Shown: positions 11,827-24,761, counted from the stretch's first letter. The stretch: DNA of 45,357 bases from Elusimicrobiaceae bacterium (GCA_045612945.1 JAZLAA010000143.1:1-45357), one strand, 5' to 3'. Numbers and translations: made by a program. The notes: generated by a model not told the origin, from the letters alone.

Positions 11827-13284
11827 CTAAATGCTAAACGTAAAAATTTTACATTCGTAAGGTTTTAACACCAGTTCCATGCCTTGCGAAGCCAATTCCG
11901 GCGTAAGCGTGACCTCTTTTCCTTCCAGCTCCTCGCGTACTTTAAGCTCTGTAATCCCTTTAAACGGTACCCGGCACTGAGAGGGGTTTTCGCTATAGTT
12001 AATGAAAACCAACTTACCGGTATGGCGTTGCTTCCATAACCAAGCTAAAATGTTTTGACACGAACTTTCCCCCGCAAAAACCGGATGCACATTAAACAAA
12101 GCCCATTGTCCGCCGTGGAAGGCCGGGTCGGACACTACCTCCAACAGCTTATGGTAGTAGGCCTCTACTGCCGTATCTTTTTTAAAATCATCATAAACAT
12201 ATTGCAAGGGCATACGCGCCGGCCGCCCTAATAGCTGGTACAAATGGAACAATCTCGCCCCCGGCAACGTGGCGATAATGGTGCCGGCCGCCAACGATTT
12301 TTCCCGTCCAAACGCTTTTAAGCTTTCTTCTTCATCGTGATTAGAAATAAAACGAATGGAGCGCATTTGGAACAAATGCTCAGCCCCCAGGTGGCTGCGG
12401 ATGCCGGCCGCGTCCGAAAAACGCAGGCGGTCGTAGAGCACTTTGTCGTAGGTATAGTCAAAACCAAGCTCCTGAATGTCCCACTCTAAGCCCCAATATA
12501 CTTCGGCAATAAAAATAAATTCCGGTCGCTCCGCACGCACGGCGTTTAAAGCCTGTGTCCAAAATTCTTCCCGTGGTAACTCACCACCAATAAATTCCCA
12601 CCAGGTGTCACGCGTCACTTTATTTAAGGAAAGCATAGCCATATCACAGCGTACACCATCACAAAGTTCGGCCACTTGTAACAGGTTTTTAACCATAAAA
12701 TCGCGCGTAGCCGGGTTGAAATAGTTTAGCTGAGCAGTATCCGTCCAGGGGGCAAAATAAGGATCCCGCCCGTACGCAATATACTGGCCGTTTTTATTTT
12801 GAAAAAACCACTCCGGGTGTACATGCGGCACTTGGGAACCGGTGTTAATAAACAAATCAGGGCGCTGTGTAACTTCGGGGGCATCAATAGCCATGTGGTT
12901 GCCCACAAAGTCTAATAACAGCAAGATTCCGCGCTCGTTTAATTGGCGGCGCAAGGTTTGTAAGGCCTTGTTTCCGCCCAAAGCTTCATCTACTGTGTAT
13001 TCATAAACGGCATAGGGGGATGCGGCTATTTCTTCTACTCTAAAATAGGGTTTTACTTGGCGGATTTGATTTTGGATTTCTTCACTGGAACGCGCAATTT
13101 TTTCTGCCGTCGGGCTGTGTTTCCACACGCCCATTAACCACACGGCGTCAAACCCGGTCTGACGGATTAAATCCAGCTTTTGGGCCGGAATGGTGTCAAG
13201 CGTAAACTGGCGGCCTTCCTCACGCTCCAAACGTTTAAGCCAAGAACGGGTATTAATCTCTAAAATGTGCGGATTATTGCGCAT
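11827..13284 (-). CDS. Alpha-amylase-family (GH13) glycoside hydrolase (start revised to MRNNPH)
   Basis: LDFVGNH, DGVRCDMA (nucleophile), FIAEVYW (acid/base), FISNHDE. Confidence 0.9.
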   Translation of the reverse strand: MRNNPHILEINTRSWLKRLEREEGRQFTLDTIPAQKLDLIRQTGFDAVWLMGVWKHSPTAEKIARSSEEIQNQIRQVKPYFRVEEIAASPYAVYEYTVDEALGGNKALQTLRRQLNERGILLLLDFVGNHMAIDAPEVTQRPDLFINTGSQVPHVHPEWFFQNKNGQYIAYGRDPYFAPWTDTAQLNYFNPATRDFMVKNLLQVAELCDGVRCDMAMLSLNKVTRDTWWEFIGGELPREEFWTQALNAVRAERPEFIFIAEVYWGLEWDIQELGFDYTYDKVLYDRLRFSDAAGIRSHLGAEHLFQMRSIRFISNHDEEESLKAFGREKSLAAGTIIATLPGARLFHLYQLLGRPARMPLQYVYDDFKKDTAVEAYYHKLLEVVSDPAFHGGQWALFNVHPVFAGESSCQNILAWLWKQRHTGKLVFINYSENPSQCRVPFKGITELKVREELEGKEVTLTPELASQGMELVLKPYECKIFTFSI

Positions 13285-13383
13285 GATTTCATCCCCCTCA
13301 TCTTTTATACCAATTTTTGGGCGGGATTGTAAAGAGAATTTAAACAACTGTTTGAAAACAAAAAATATCTCTGTCTTAATAAC

Positions 13384-13411
13384 GAACCCCAAAACATCTG
13401 TTTTGGGGTTC
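13384..13411. terminator. Hairpin downstream of gyrA (probable terminator)
   Basis: GAACCCCAAAACA-TC-TGTTTTGGGGTTC inverted repeat; weak U-tail. Confidence 0.55.
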
Positions 13412-13435
13412 CATATTCTTTTAGAGGATTTTTAG

Positions 13436-15952
13436 CTATTCGGCTTCTTCCTCTTCTTCGGCTTTGACTACCGGGGCAATACGGGCAATTTTATCTCCCT
13501 CTTCCATTTTGGCCAAGGTAACCCCTTGCGCGTTGCGCCCGACAGAGCGGATATCCCCGCAGCGCAGACGAATGGTCATGCCTTTTTCGGTAATAATCAT
13601 GAGGTCTTTGGTTTCGTCCACCAGTTTAATACCCACCACTTTTCCGTTGCGGGCGGAGGTTTTAATGGTAATCACCCCCATACCGCCACGGTGCTGGCGT
13701 TTGTATTCGCTAAACTCGGTGCGTTTGCCAAAGCCGTTTTCACAAACAGAGAGCACATCCGGCTGGGCTCCGTCGTTAGGGGCATGTTCCATACCTACCA
13801 CGATGTCTCCGTCTTCCAGACTAATGGCACGCACCCCGTGTGCCTGGCGGCCCATGGCGCGTACTTCGTTTTCATCAAAGCGGATGGATTTACCGTTTTG
13901 GGTAGCTACTAAAATATCGCTCTTGCCAAAGGTAAGTTGAGCACTAATCAGCACATCCCCTTCGTCTAAACCAATGGCAATAATCCCGCTGCGGCGGATG
14001 TTGGCAAATTCTTTGAGTGCCACGCGCTTAATGGTGCCCAAGCGCGTGCACAGCGTAAGGTAAGCCTGTTCACCAGCTTTGTCGGCCGAAGGATTAAAAT
14101 CCTCAATAGCTAAGGTAGAGGTTACCTTTTCCTCGCCAGTTAGTTGCAAGAGGTTCACCAAAGCCTTGCCCTTAGACATGCGGTTGCCTTCCGGGATTTC
14201 AAACGCACGTAAGGGGAACGCACGTCCGCGGTTGGTGAACATCAAAATCGTAGCGTGGGAAGACGTAATAAAGAGGTTTTCCATAAAGTCTTCCTCTTTG
14301 GTTTTGCTGCCAATAATGCCTTTCCCGCCGCGGTTTTGGCTGCGGTAGGTGGAAAGTGGAATACGTTTGGCATATCCGTCGTTAGAAATGGTGATGACCA
14401 CATCTTCTTTCTCAATGAAATCCTCCATAGAGAAATCTTCCATGTCCGGGCCAATTTTGGTGCGGCGCGGGTCATCAAAATCTTTCTTAAGCTGAGCCAG
14501 TTCTTCCACAATGATGTCTAAAATTTTCTGCGGTGAAGCCAAAATGGCTTGTAAATCCGCAATCAGTTTTAAGAGGTCTTTGCGTTCGTTTTCAATAGCT
14601 AACGCGGAGAGTTGCGTAAGCTGGTGTAAACGCATATCCAAAATAGCTTGAGCTTGTACTTCAGTAAGCGTAAAGCGCTTCATCAAGGTGAACTTGGCTT
14701 CCGTCGGGTCTTTGGCGTTGCGGATAATGGCTACTACTTCGTCCATATTGGCAATGGCCACGAGTAAACCATTTAAAATATGTTCGCGCTTTTGGGCTTT
14801 ATTTAAGTCAAACTTCGTGCGGTTGGTAACAATTTCTTGGCGGTGTTTGACGTATGCTTTCATTACTTCTTTAAGAGACAATACCCGCGGGCGCCCGTCC
14901 ACAATGGCTAGCATATTCACCGGGAAAGAGGTTTGCAACTGCGTGTGTTTGTAGAGGTGGTTTAACACAACCTGGGCGTTTCCGTCGCGTTTAATTTCAA
15001 TGACTAAACGCATCCCGCGCCGGTCCGACTCATCACGAATATCAGAAATATCTGTTATTTTTTTGTCGCGCACCAACCCAACAATGCTTTCAATCAGCGA
15101 AGTTTTGTTTACTTGGTACGGAATGGCTGTTACCACAATGGCTTGACGGCCGCCTTTGCGTTCTTCAATTTCCGTATCAGCCTGCACTTTTACGCTTCCG
15201 TGACCAGTTTCAAAGTACTCGTAAATGGCTTTCGTACCGCGGATGGTAGCCCCTGTGGGGAAATCCGGCCCTTTGATGATTTTCATCATCTCTTTTGTGG
15301 TAATATCCGGGTTTTTGATATAAGCAATAATCCCGTCACACACTTCGCCTAGGTTATGGGTAGGGATATTGGTTGCCATCCCTACGGCAATCCCGGCAGA
15401 ACCGTTAACGAGCAGTGCCGGTAACTTAGCAGGCAGTACGGAAGGTTCTAATAAAGAACCGTCATAGTTGGGAATCATTTTGACGGTATCTTTATCCAAA
15501 TCGTCTAACATCGTGTCGGAAATTTTTTCCAAGCGACATTCGGTATAACGCATGGCTGCGGCGGAATCCCCGTCAATAGAACCAAAGTTTCCCTGCCCGT
15601 CCACCAAAGGTTTGCGGATAGAAAAATCTTGTGCCAAACGTACGAGCGTATCATACACTGCCGTATCGCCGTGCGGGTGGTATTTCCCCAACACATCCCC
15701 CACCACACGGGCCGATTTCTTATATGGGCGGTTATATTTTAATCCCATTTCGTTCATAGAATAGAGTACACGGCGGTGCACGGGTTTTAAACCGTCGCGC
15801 ACATCCGGAAGAGCACGGCCGACAATTACGCTCATAGCATAGTCAATATAGTACGAGCGCATTTCGGTAGCAATATCACGCTCTTGAATATTGCCAAATA
15901 AATCCACATTTACCTGTACGTTTTGGGTTGGGTTATTTAATTCTTCACTCAT
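13436..15952 (-). CDS. gyrA: DNA gyrase subunit A
   Basis: [15 protein letters not shown] (catalytic Tyr), GyrA-box QNRGGKG. Confidence 0.99.
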   Translation of the reverse strand: MSEELNNPTQNVQVNVDLFGNIQERDIATEMRSYYIDYAMSVIVGRALPDVRDGLKPVHRRVLYSMNEMGLKYNRPYKKSARVVGDVLGKYHPHGDTAVYDTLVRLAQDFSIRKPLVDGQGNFGSIDGDSAAAMRYTECRLEKISDTMLDDLDKDTVKMIPNYDGSLLEPSVLPAKLPALLVNGSAGIAVGMATNIPTHNLGEVCDGIIAYIKNPDITTKEMMKIIKGPDFPTGATIRGTKAIYEYFETGHGSVKVQADTEIEERKGGRQAIVVTAIPYQVNKTSLIESIVGLVRDKKITDISDIRDESDRRGMRLVIEIKRDGNAQVVLNHLYKHTQLQTSFPVNMLAIVDGRPRVLSLKEVMKAYVKHRQEIVTNRTKFDLNKAQKREHILNGLLVAIANMDEVVAIIRNAKDPTEAKFTLMKRFTLTEVQAQAILDMRLHQLTQLSALAIENERKDLLKLIADLQAILASPQKILDIIVEELAQLKKDFDDPRRTKIGPDMEDFSMEDFIEKEDVVITISNDGYAKRIPLSTYRSQNRGGKGIIGSKTKEEDFMENLFITSSHATILMFTNRGRAFPLRAFEIPEGNRMSKGKALVNLLQLTGEEKVTSTLAIEDFNPSADKAGEQAYLTLCTRLGTIKRVALKEFANIRRSGIIAIGLDEGDVLISAQLTFGKSDILVATQNGKSIRFDENEVRAMGRQAHGVRAISLEDGDIVVGMEHAPNDGAQPDVLSVCENGFGKRTEFSEYKRQHRGGMGVITIKTSARNGKVVGIKLVDETKDLMIITEKGMTIRLRCGDIRSVGRNAQGVTLAKMEEGDKIARIAPVVKAEEEEEAE

Positions 15953-15976
15953 GTTCAAAATCTCCTAGAAAAGTTC

Positions 15977-18469
<2,493 letters not shown>

Positions 18470-18477
18470 CTATTTTT

Positions 18478-18771
18478 TCAAATGATTTCAATTTGTTTAA
18501 TCCATGGTTTCTCAAAGTATTTATTAAGCTCTTTTATCATCTGTGCGCGTTTAGTAATTAATTCATTTTTAGCTACAGAAACTTTAACTTGCACATACAA
18601 TGTATCTTTACGCACCGACTGTAAATTCCAGAATGCAGCTTTTTTCCCAACTACTTTATCCCACACATAATCCAACACCATAAGCCGATTGAGTGTCTTA
18701 CTTAATGGGTGAAATGAATTCGCTAATTCTTGACTGGAACGCCACTCTTTCTTAGCCTGAATGTGTTTCAT
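18478..18771 (-). CDS. DUF721/DciA-like protein
   Basis: WDKVVG...TLYVQV...KNEL...MIKELN pattern; classic position between dnaN and gyrB. Confidence 0.75.
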   Translation of the reverse strand: MKHIQAKKEWRSSQELANSFHPLSKTLNRLMVLDYVWDKVVGKKAAFWNLQSVRKDTLYVQVKVSVAKNELITKRAQMIKELNKYFEKPWIKQIEII

Positions 18772-19880
18772 TAAGCTCTCATGGGCATAATGACATACTT
18801 AAACACAGTATCTTTCACCGGTTCTATAAGCACCGGCTGAGAAGCATTCACAAAAGAAAACGATACTTTTTCTTCTTCTACTGTTTTTAATACGTCAATA
18901 ATATACTGTGGTTTAAAGTTTGCCTCAAACAATTCCCCATTGTAAGAAACAGGAATTTCGTCGGTAAATTCCATATTTTGGGAATTAGAAGAAATCGTTA
19001 CACGGTTATTTTCCAGGGTATATTTTACCACACTTCCAAATTCGCCGGCACACAATGCAGCCCGACGGGTAGAAGCTAACAATTCTTTGGTAAATACCTC
19101 AAACTTAATAGTAGTTTTTGTAGGAATAACCTGCTTATAATTAGGAAAATTTCCCTCAATTAAACGCGAAATAAAGGTAGTATCTTTCATTTTAAAACCT
19201 ACTTGATTTACCGATACATACACACTAATACGCGTATCTTTATCCGGTTTAGCCAGTGAAATAAAACGCCCTAATTCCGTTAAAATCTTGGTAGGAATGA
19301 TAATTTTAAATTCATTTTTAGTCTGTAAAGCCGGCTGGGAAGCTACTGCCAAACGTCCACCGTCTGTAGCTACAATTTCAAAACTATCCGCCGTATTACT
19401 CCATAATAACCCATTTAAAATATAGCGTGTTTCTTGTGTAGAAGCCGAAAACACTGTTTTTTCAATCATTTTCTGTAGTAAAACCGGGTCCAATTCAATT
19501 CCTTCTTTTTGGTCTAATTCCGGGATAGCCGGATATTCCGATTTAGGCGTCCCCATAACCCAAAATTTACTTTTTCCGGATTTAATATGAAATTTATTAT
19601 TTTCATCACTATGAAGCGTAATTTCTTTATCATCTGCTAAGTTTTTAATAATATCTGTAAATTCTTTAAGCGGAACTGTAATACTTCCTTCTTCTTCTAT
19701 TTCGGCCGGTACAAAATGGACGGTAGCCATTTCCATATCCGTACGAACTAATTTTAGTTTACCTTTTTGCGTTTCTAACAGAAAATTATGCAAAATAGGT
19801 AACGTAGTTCTGGAAGACACACTGGAAGAAACTACCTGGATTCCTTCCAACAGAGTTGCTTTAGTAATATTTATTTTCAT
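18771..19880 (-). CDS. dnaN: DNA polymerase III beta sliding clamp
   Basis: TLPILHNFL, TRYILNG, VATDGGRL, SRLIEGNFPNY, YVIMPMR; alternative ATG at 19886. Confidence 0.98.
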   Translation of the reverse strand: MKINITKATLLEGIQVVSSSVSSRTTLPILHNFLLETQKGKLKLVRTDMEMATVHFVPAEIEEEGSITVPLKEFTDIIKNLADDKEITLHSDENNKFHIKSGKSKFWVMGTPKSEYPAIPELDQKEGIELDPVLLQKMIEKTVFSASTQETRYILNGLLWSNTADSFEIVATDGGRLAVASQPALQTKNEFKIIIPTKILTELGRFISLAKPDKDTRISVYVSVNQVGFKMKDTTFISRLIEGNFPNYKQVIPTKTTIKFEVFTKELLASTRRAALCAGEFGSVVKYTLENNRVTISSNSQNMEFTDEIPVSYNGELFEANFKPQYIIDVLKTVEEEKVSFSFVNASQPVLIEPVKDTVFKYVIMPMRA

Positions 19881-19886
19881 ATTCAT

Positions 19887-20054
19887 CCTTCATAATATAT
19901 CTTGTGGATTGTGTGGAAATTGTGTATTACGCAATACAACTTTTTCTACCGCCTCTGTGTATTTTTAATACTTTTTATCCACACTATACACATTCACAAA
20001 ACAAAATTGCTTTTTTTTGTTAGTTATTCACATCCTGTTTACGACTTTTCCACA
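19887..20054. promoter_or_regulatory. Candidate oriC: DnaA-box cluster between dnaA and dnaN
   Basis: Perfect TTATCCACA 19975-19983; TTATTCACA 20024-20032; TTTTCCACA 20046-20054; tandem degenerate boxes at 19903, 19912, 19921; AT-rich. Confidence 0.8.
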
Positions 20055-21367
20055 GCTTTAATATCTGTAATAATTTGGTTTATTTCTGCTGCAAAAAACG
20101 GGTCTGTATTTATTTTATCTTTCACTAAATCTCGCGCGTGTACCACAGTACTATGGTCTCTGTTAAATTCCCGGCCAATTTCCGGTTGAGATAAATCTGT
20201 AAGTTCTGTAGTTAAAAACATAGCAATTTGCCGCGGCCACGCAATTGATTGGGTTTTTTTCTTGGAGTTAAAATCTTCCATGCGTATATTGTAATGCTTT
20301 CCCACGATTTTCTTAATAGTATTAACAGATACTAAGGTATCTTGTTCGTTTACTAATAGGTCACTAAGTAATTCTTTAGCAATCGGAATGGTAGGGGTAA
20401 TGGTATGGGTGGTACAATATGCACGCAGACGGATAAGTGCCCCCTCTAGTTCGCGGATATTGGTTTGGATGCCCTCTGCTAAAAACGAAATAACATCATC
20501 ACCCACAATAAAGTTCATAGAATCTCTTTTTTGGCGTAAAATAGCAGTGCGGGCTTCCACATTAGGTCTTTTAATTTCTGTACTAATCCCACTGAGTAAG
20601 CGTGAAGAAAGCCTTTCATCCCATTCTAATTGTTGTGGAGAACGATCTGAAGAAAGAACAATTTGTTTTCCGCTTTCAAATAAAGAATTAAAAGTATAAA
20701 AGAAAGCTTCAGAACTTTGTTCTTTTCCTACTACAAACTGGATATCATCTACCAAAAAACAGTCTAAAAAACGGTATTTCTGGCGGAAATTATTATCTGT
20801 TTTTTGGCGTAATGATTCAATAAATTCATTTACAAATTCCTCACCGGACATATACTTTACTTTTGCCCGCGGGTTTTCACGCAGAATTTGGTTTCCAATG
20901 GCTTGTAATAAATGGGTTTTACCCAGCCCGGGGGCTGAATAGATTACCAGCGGATTGTTTTCCCGCGCCCCCAAATTGTGTGCCACGGCTTGGGCCGCCT
21001 TATAAGCAAAACGGTTGGAAGAAGACTCAATAAAATTATCAAACGTATAATTTGGGTTAAACAAAGAGAGGAGTTCACTAGTTGCCTGTGTGGCAACAGT
21101 TGGAACCGTTAAGGTAGAGGCTGGCTGAGGAGCTGGAGTTTCTACTCTGTATTCAACGGTAATTACGGTGCCTGTATGCTTTAAACATGCATCCACCAAT
21201 AATCGTTCATAACGTTCTTGAATAGTTTTTCCCCATATTTCATTGGGTACGATAAGCGTACAAACCGTGCCTTCTAACGCAAAATTAACCGGTTTAAACC
21301 ATAATTCATAGGTTTCTTTTCCGATGGTTTGTTCTAATTCTGATAAAACTAAAGGGTTCACAATCAA
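20039..21367 (-). CDS. dnaA: Chromosomal replication initiator DnaA (TTG start)
   Basis: [53 protein letters not shown]. Confidence 0.98.
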   Translation of the reverse strand: MIVNPLVLSELEQTIGKETYELWFKPVNFALEGTVCTLIVPNEIWGKTIQERYERLLVDACLKHTGTVITVEYRVETPAPQPASTLTVPTVATQATSELLSLFNPNYTFDNFIESSSNRFAYKAAQAVAHNLGARENNPLVIYSAPGLGKTHLLQAIGNQILRENPRAKVKYMSGEEFVNEFIESLRQKTDNNFRQKYRFLDCFLVDDIQFVVGKEQSSEAFFYTFNSLFESGKQIVLSSDRSPQQLEWDERLSSRLLSGISTEIKRPNVEARTAILRQKRDSMNFIVGDDVISFLAEGIQTNIRELEGALIRLRAYCTTHTITPTIPIAKELLSDLLVNEQDTLVSVNTIKKIVGKHYNIRMEDFNSKKKTQSIAWPRQIAMFLTTELTDLSQPEIGREFNRDHSTVVHARDLVKDKINTDPFFAAEINQIITDIKAVEKS

Positions 21368-21584
21368 TAAGTCCTTTGTAAATAGCTTACTCTATATTAC
21401 TACTTATTCAACCTTTAGGTCAATGGAAAAAAACAGAGAATAGGGCTTAAACGCATAAAAACGCGGTTATATGCGGTTTTTTAGAAAAATGGCCGGGTTA
21501 CCCATTAAATGGCAAATTTTCTGTTTTAAAGTTGTTTTTACGCAAAATAATCAAAAAAAGACTCCTATTAGTATTTACAAGCTA

Positions 21585-21593
21585 TGCTATAAT
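21585..21593 (+). promoter_or_regulatory. Extended -10 promoter for the oxygen-defence operon
   Basis: TGcTATAAT about 30 nt upstream of the dfx start. Confidence 0.5.
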
Positions 21594-21625
21594 AAGAGCA
21601 GTAAAATTAAAATAGAGAGGAAAAT

Positions 21626-22012
21626 ATGATGCAATTAAACGACATTTACAAATGTAGCGTATGTGGCAATCTAGTAGAGGTAGTTCACGCGGGGGCCGGA
21701 GAGCTGGTGTGTTGTGGAAAACCGATGAAGCACTTAGTTCCTGGGGAAACAGATGGTGCGGCTGAAAAACATGTACCTGTGATAGAGAAAATAGACGGTA
21801 AATTTCAAGTAACCGTAGGGGCCGTATTGCACCCCAGCTTGCCGGAACATTATATTGAATTTATCGAACTGATTTGCAATACCTGTGGGCAAGTGCAACG
21901 TCGATATCTAAAACCGGGTGATAAACCGCAAGCCACTTTTACCAGCTGTTCAGAAGATGTAACCGCACGTGAATATTGCAATTTGCACGGTTTGTGGCAA
22001 AGCAAAAAATAA
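21626..22012 (+). CDS. dfx: Desulfoferrodoxin (2Fe superoxide reductase)
   Basis: YKCSVCGN...LVCCGKPM, EKHVP, HYIEFI, EYCNLHGLW. Confidence 0.96.
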   Translation: MMQLNDIYKCSVCGNLVEVVHAGAGELVCCGKPMKHLVPGETDGAAEKHVPVIEKIDGKFQVTVGAVLHPSLPEHYIEFIELICNTCGQVQRRYLKPGDKPQATFTSCSEDVTAREYCNLHGLWQSKK

Positions 22013-22066
22013 TATAATGTATAAAAATCCCCCCACTTCGGCGAGGGTATTAGGAAAGGAGTGTGT

Positions 22067-23260
22067 ATGAAAGCTGTCCAAATTTCTGCCAATGTATATT
22101 GGGTTGGTGCGATTGACTGGAACATCCGCGATTTTCACGGTTATGCTACCCAACGAGGAACCACCTATAACGCTTACTTGATTATGGGGGAAAAGCCCAC
22201 GTTGATAGATACCGTTAAGAAGGAGTTTTATCCCCAGATGTTAGCCCGTATCCAAAGCGTGTTAGATCCGCAAAAAATAGAAATTATTATTTCCAATCAC
22301 GCAGAAATGGACCATTCGGGGGCTTTATGCCAAGCCGTGCAAGATATGCACCCTTCTCACATATATGCCTCCGCAATGGGGGTTAAAAATTTAAACGCCC
22401 AGTTACACCCCGCTTTTGAAATTAAGGCAGTTAAAACCGGCGATAAAATTGCCGTCGGTAGCGACACCTTATCTTTTGTGGAAGCACGCATGTTGCACTG
22501 GCCGGACAGCATGCTTGCGTATTTAGAAAAAGAAGATATTTTGTTTACCAATGACGTATTTGGCATGCATTTGGCTACTTCCCAGCTTTTTGACGATGAA
22601 AATGACGAAAAAGTGTGGATGCACGAAGCGCGCAAATACTATGCCAACATTGTGCTTCCATATTCAGACATTGTAACCCGTTTTTTAGGCCAAGTACAGC
22701 AAATGGGGTTGGCGCCTAAAATGATTGCGCCCGACCACGGTTTTATTTGGCGCAAGGATCCGGCCAAAATTGTGCACTTATACGCCCAGTTTGCCGCCCA
22801 AAAACCAACCAATAAAGCAGTAATTGTTTATGATACCATGTGGGGTAGCACCGAAAAAATGGCCGTTTCTATTGCAGAGGGTTTGCGTCAGGGAGGGACA
22901 GAAGTAAAACAGCTGTCTATGCATGCTTGCCACCGAAGCGACGTCATTACCGAATTATTAGAAGCCGGAGCCCTGTTAGTAGGTTCACCGGTGTTAAATA
23001 GTCAAATTTTTCCGGCGATGGCAGATGTACTTTGCTACATCAAAGGGCTTAAACCCAAACACTTAATCGGGGCCGCGTTTGGTTCATACGGTTGGAACGG
23101 CGCACCTATAGATAGTTTAACGAAAACATTAGAAGAGATGGGCGTGGAAATCGTAGCCCCGGCCACTAAAAGTCTTTTCGTTCCGGACGATGCCAAACGG
23201 ACCGAATGTGAAGCTCTGGGCCGCTTAGTAAGCCAAAAACTAACGGAGAAATTACGTTAA
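22067..23260 (+). CDS. fprA: Class A flavodiiron protein (O2/NO reductase)
   Basis: GTTYNAY, NHAEMDHSG, HWPDSM, PDHG; flavodoxin domain DTMWGST, FGSYGW. Confidence 0.95.
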   Translation: MKAVQISANVYWVGAIDWNIRDFHGYATQRGTTYNAYLIMGEKPTLIDTVKKEFYPQMLARIQSVLDPQKIEIIISNHAEMDHSGALCQAVQDMHPSHIYASAMGVKNLNAQLHPAFEIKAVKTGDKIAVGSDTLSFVEARMLHWPDSMLAYLEKEDILFTNDVFGMHLATSQLFDDENDEKVWMHEARKYYANIVLPYSDIVTRFLGQVQQMGLAPKMIAPDHGFIWRKDPAKIVHLYAQFAAQKPTNKAVIVYDTMWGSTEKMAVSIAEGLRQGGTEVKQLSMHACHRSDVITELLEAGALLVGSPVLNSQIFPAMADVLCYIKGLKPKHLIGAAFGSYGWNGAPIDSLTKTLEEMGVEIVAPATKSLFVPDDAKRTECEALGRLVSQKLTEKLR

Positions 23261-23772
23261 TGGACGTAACAATTTGCAAAAGCCTAAACAATCTTTCTTA
23301 CGGTTTGTATGTGGTAACCAGCGCGGATGCTACATATAAAAGTGGGCTTATTGTAAACACCGTATTTCAAGTAACGCAAACCCCACCGCAGCTAGCTGTA
23401 TGTGTGTGTAAAGATAGTTTCACGCACGAAATAATTGTAAAAAGCCGCGTACTGGCCGTGATGCCCTTGGAACAGGAAACCCCGCTTGTATTTATTGGGA
23501 ATTTTGGCTTTCGCACTGGGCGTAATTATGACAAATTTGCCAAGGTGCCGTTTAGCTTAGGTAAAAACGGTTGCCCCATTGTGCGCGAACACACCCTTTC
23601 TTGCCTGGAAGCACAGGTAGAAAAAATAGTAGATGTGGGTTCACACACCTTGTTTATTGCCCGTGTGACCGACGGTACTATTTTTAAAGAAGCAACCCCT
23701 TTAACCTATGCGTATTACCATACGGTTATTAAAGGCAAAACCCCTGCGGGGGCAACACATAGTAGTTTATAG
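23260..23772 (+). CDS. Flavin reductase-family protein
   Basis: LSYGLYVVT, NTVFQVT, DVGSHTLFIA, PLTYAYYH..KGKTP. Confidence 0.9.
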   Translation: MDVTICKSLNNLSYGLYVVTSADATYKSGLIVNTVFQVTQTPPQLAVCVCKDSFTHEIIVKSRVLAVMPLEQETPLVFIGNFGFRTGRNYDKFAKVPFSLGKNGCPIVREHTLSCLEAQVEKIVDVGSHTLFIARVTDGTIFKEATPLTYAYYHTVIKGKTPAGATHSSL

Positions 23773-23781
23773 GAGAAAATT

Positions 23782-23943
23782 ATGGTGAAATATGTTTGTG
23801 AAGTATGTGGTTACGTTTATGACCCCGCCGTGGGCGACCCGGATAACGGTATTGCAGCCGGCACCGCGTGGGAAGCGGTAAAAGAAGACTGGGTATGCCC
23901 GGTGTGTGGCGTAGGTAAAGATCAGTTTAAACCGGCCGCATAA
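23782..23943 (+). CDS. Rubredoxin (53 aa; absent from ORF track)
   Basis: Manual translation [53 protein letters not shown]; RBS AGGAG. Confidence 0.97.
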   Translation: MVKYVCEVCGYVYDPAVGDPDNGIAAGTAWEAVKEDWVCPVCGVGKDQFKPAA

Positions 23944-23963
23944 CGAAAGATATCGGTGTATTT

Positions 23964-23997
23964 AAACCGCCTTTTTTAAAGTAAGGGGCGGTTTTTT
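23964..23997 (+). terminator. Intrinsic terminator after rubredoxin
   Basis: AAACCGCC...GGCGGTTTTTT. Confidence 0.8.
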
Positions 23998-24003
23998 GTG
24001 TTC

Positions 24004-24032
24004 TTGAAAACTGATTGTTTTTTTATTATACT
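24004..24032 (+). promoter_or_regulatory. Sigma70-type promoter of pilin cassette 1
   Basis: TTGAAA-17 nt-TATACT; the -10 context TTATTATACTATAG is shared by all three cassettes. Confidence 0.75.
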
Positions 24033-24038
24033 ATAGGT

Positions 24039-24284
24039 ACAATTTAATCTGTTTTTGGAACCGTTTAAGAAACGGAGTGCTTACAAAAGTCCTCATTCCC
24101 TCCAAAAACAGTCGTGTTTAGGCACAAAACGGCGACGGCTGTTTTGTGCTCAGTGTTTGCCGTTCTTTATGAACGGCAGGCCACGGCTGTTCGTGTTGGG
24201 ACTGGGAATGAGGCTCAATGCACCGGCCGTTTTTCTATGGTTTCTCTAACAGGTAAGTTGAAATTAACCTAAAGGAGAAATCGT
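24039..24284 (+). ncRNA. Candidate structured leader RNA, copy 1 (unassigned family)
   Basis: Homologous to 29734-29991(-) and 37318-37577(+); covarying helices (see findings). Confidence 0.75.
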
Positions 24285-24346
24285 ATGACAAAGAACAATC
24301 GGGCGTTTACGCTCATAGAGTTGTTAGTAGTGGTGTTAATCGTCGG
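24242..24346 (+). repeat. 105-bp perfect repeat, inverted partner at 29672-29776
   Basis: Base-by-base identity over the leader 3' end, RBS and pilin N-terminus. Confidence 0.95.
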
Positions 24347-24761
24347 TATATTGGCCGCTGTGGCGTTGCCGCAATATACCAAAGCCGTGGAAAGAAGCCG
24401 CTTAACTGAGGTGTGGAGTAATTTGGGCAGTTTACGCCAAGCATTGGCAGTAGCTATTTTACAGTCCCCGAATAACTGGAGTGTAGAAGCGTTAGATGTA
24501 GGAATAAAATGCCAAGGAGGGTCTGGTTCAGCCTGTCTTTTGGAAAAATGTCCTTCCGGCCGCTGGAGCGGGTATCTCGGCAATGGGCAGTGTGCTTATG
24601 TCCTTAGCGACTACCCCTCTCCCACAAATCCAAGAGTATCTTTTCCGGGGTATTTCACTATCCCGGGCGGTAGTGAAAAATACATTGAGTTAATACTGGA
24701 TAACTCCGGTCGTAGCTGCAGTGGCGACGCCGCCACCTGCAAATACCTGGGTATTGAATAA
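24285..24761 (+). CDS. Type IV pilin-like protein (PilE-like) 1
   Basis: Class III signal RA|[24 protein letters not shown]; 6-Cys variable head. Confidence 0.93.
   Translation: MTKNNRAFTLIELLVVVLIVGILAAVALPQYTKAVERSRLTEVWSNLGSLRQALAVAILQSPNNWSVEALDVGIKCQGGSGSACLLEKCPSGRWSGYLGNGQCAYVLSDYPSPTNPRVSFPGYFTIPGGSEKYIELILDNSGRSCSGDAATCKYLGIE

Noticed and set aside
24055-24249. Short ORFs over the pilin leaders (64 aa here; 73 aa at 37334-37555) sharing MEP.. and AQCLPF
   Set aside because: TTG starts without an RBS. The equivalent frame in copy 2 stops after about 32 codons, and indels follow helix lengths rather than codons. The similarity is a by-product of the conserved RNA blocks.
24039-24284. 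Leader as CRISPR array, IS/MITE or IS110 bridge RNA
   Set aside because: No repeat-spacer periodicity, clean terminal inverted repeats, target duplications or nearby transposase. The variable segments pair internally, and I found no match to flanking DNA by eye. A trans-acting recombinase elsewhere cannot be excluded.
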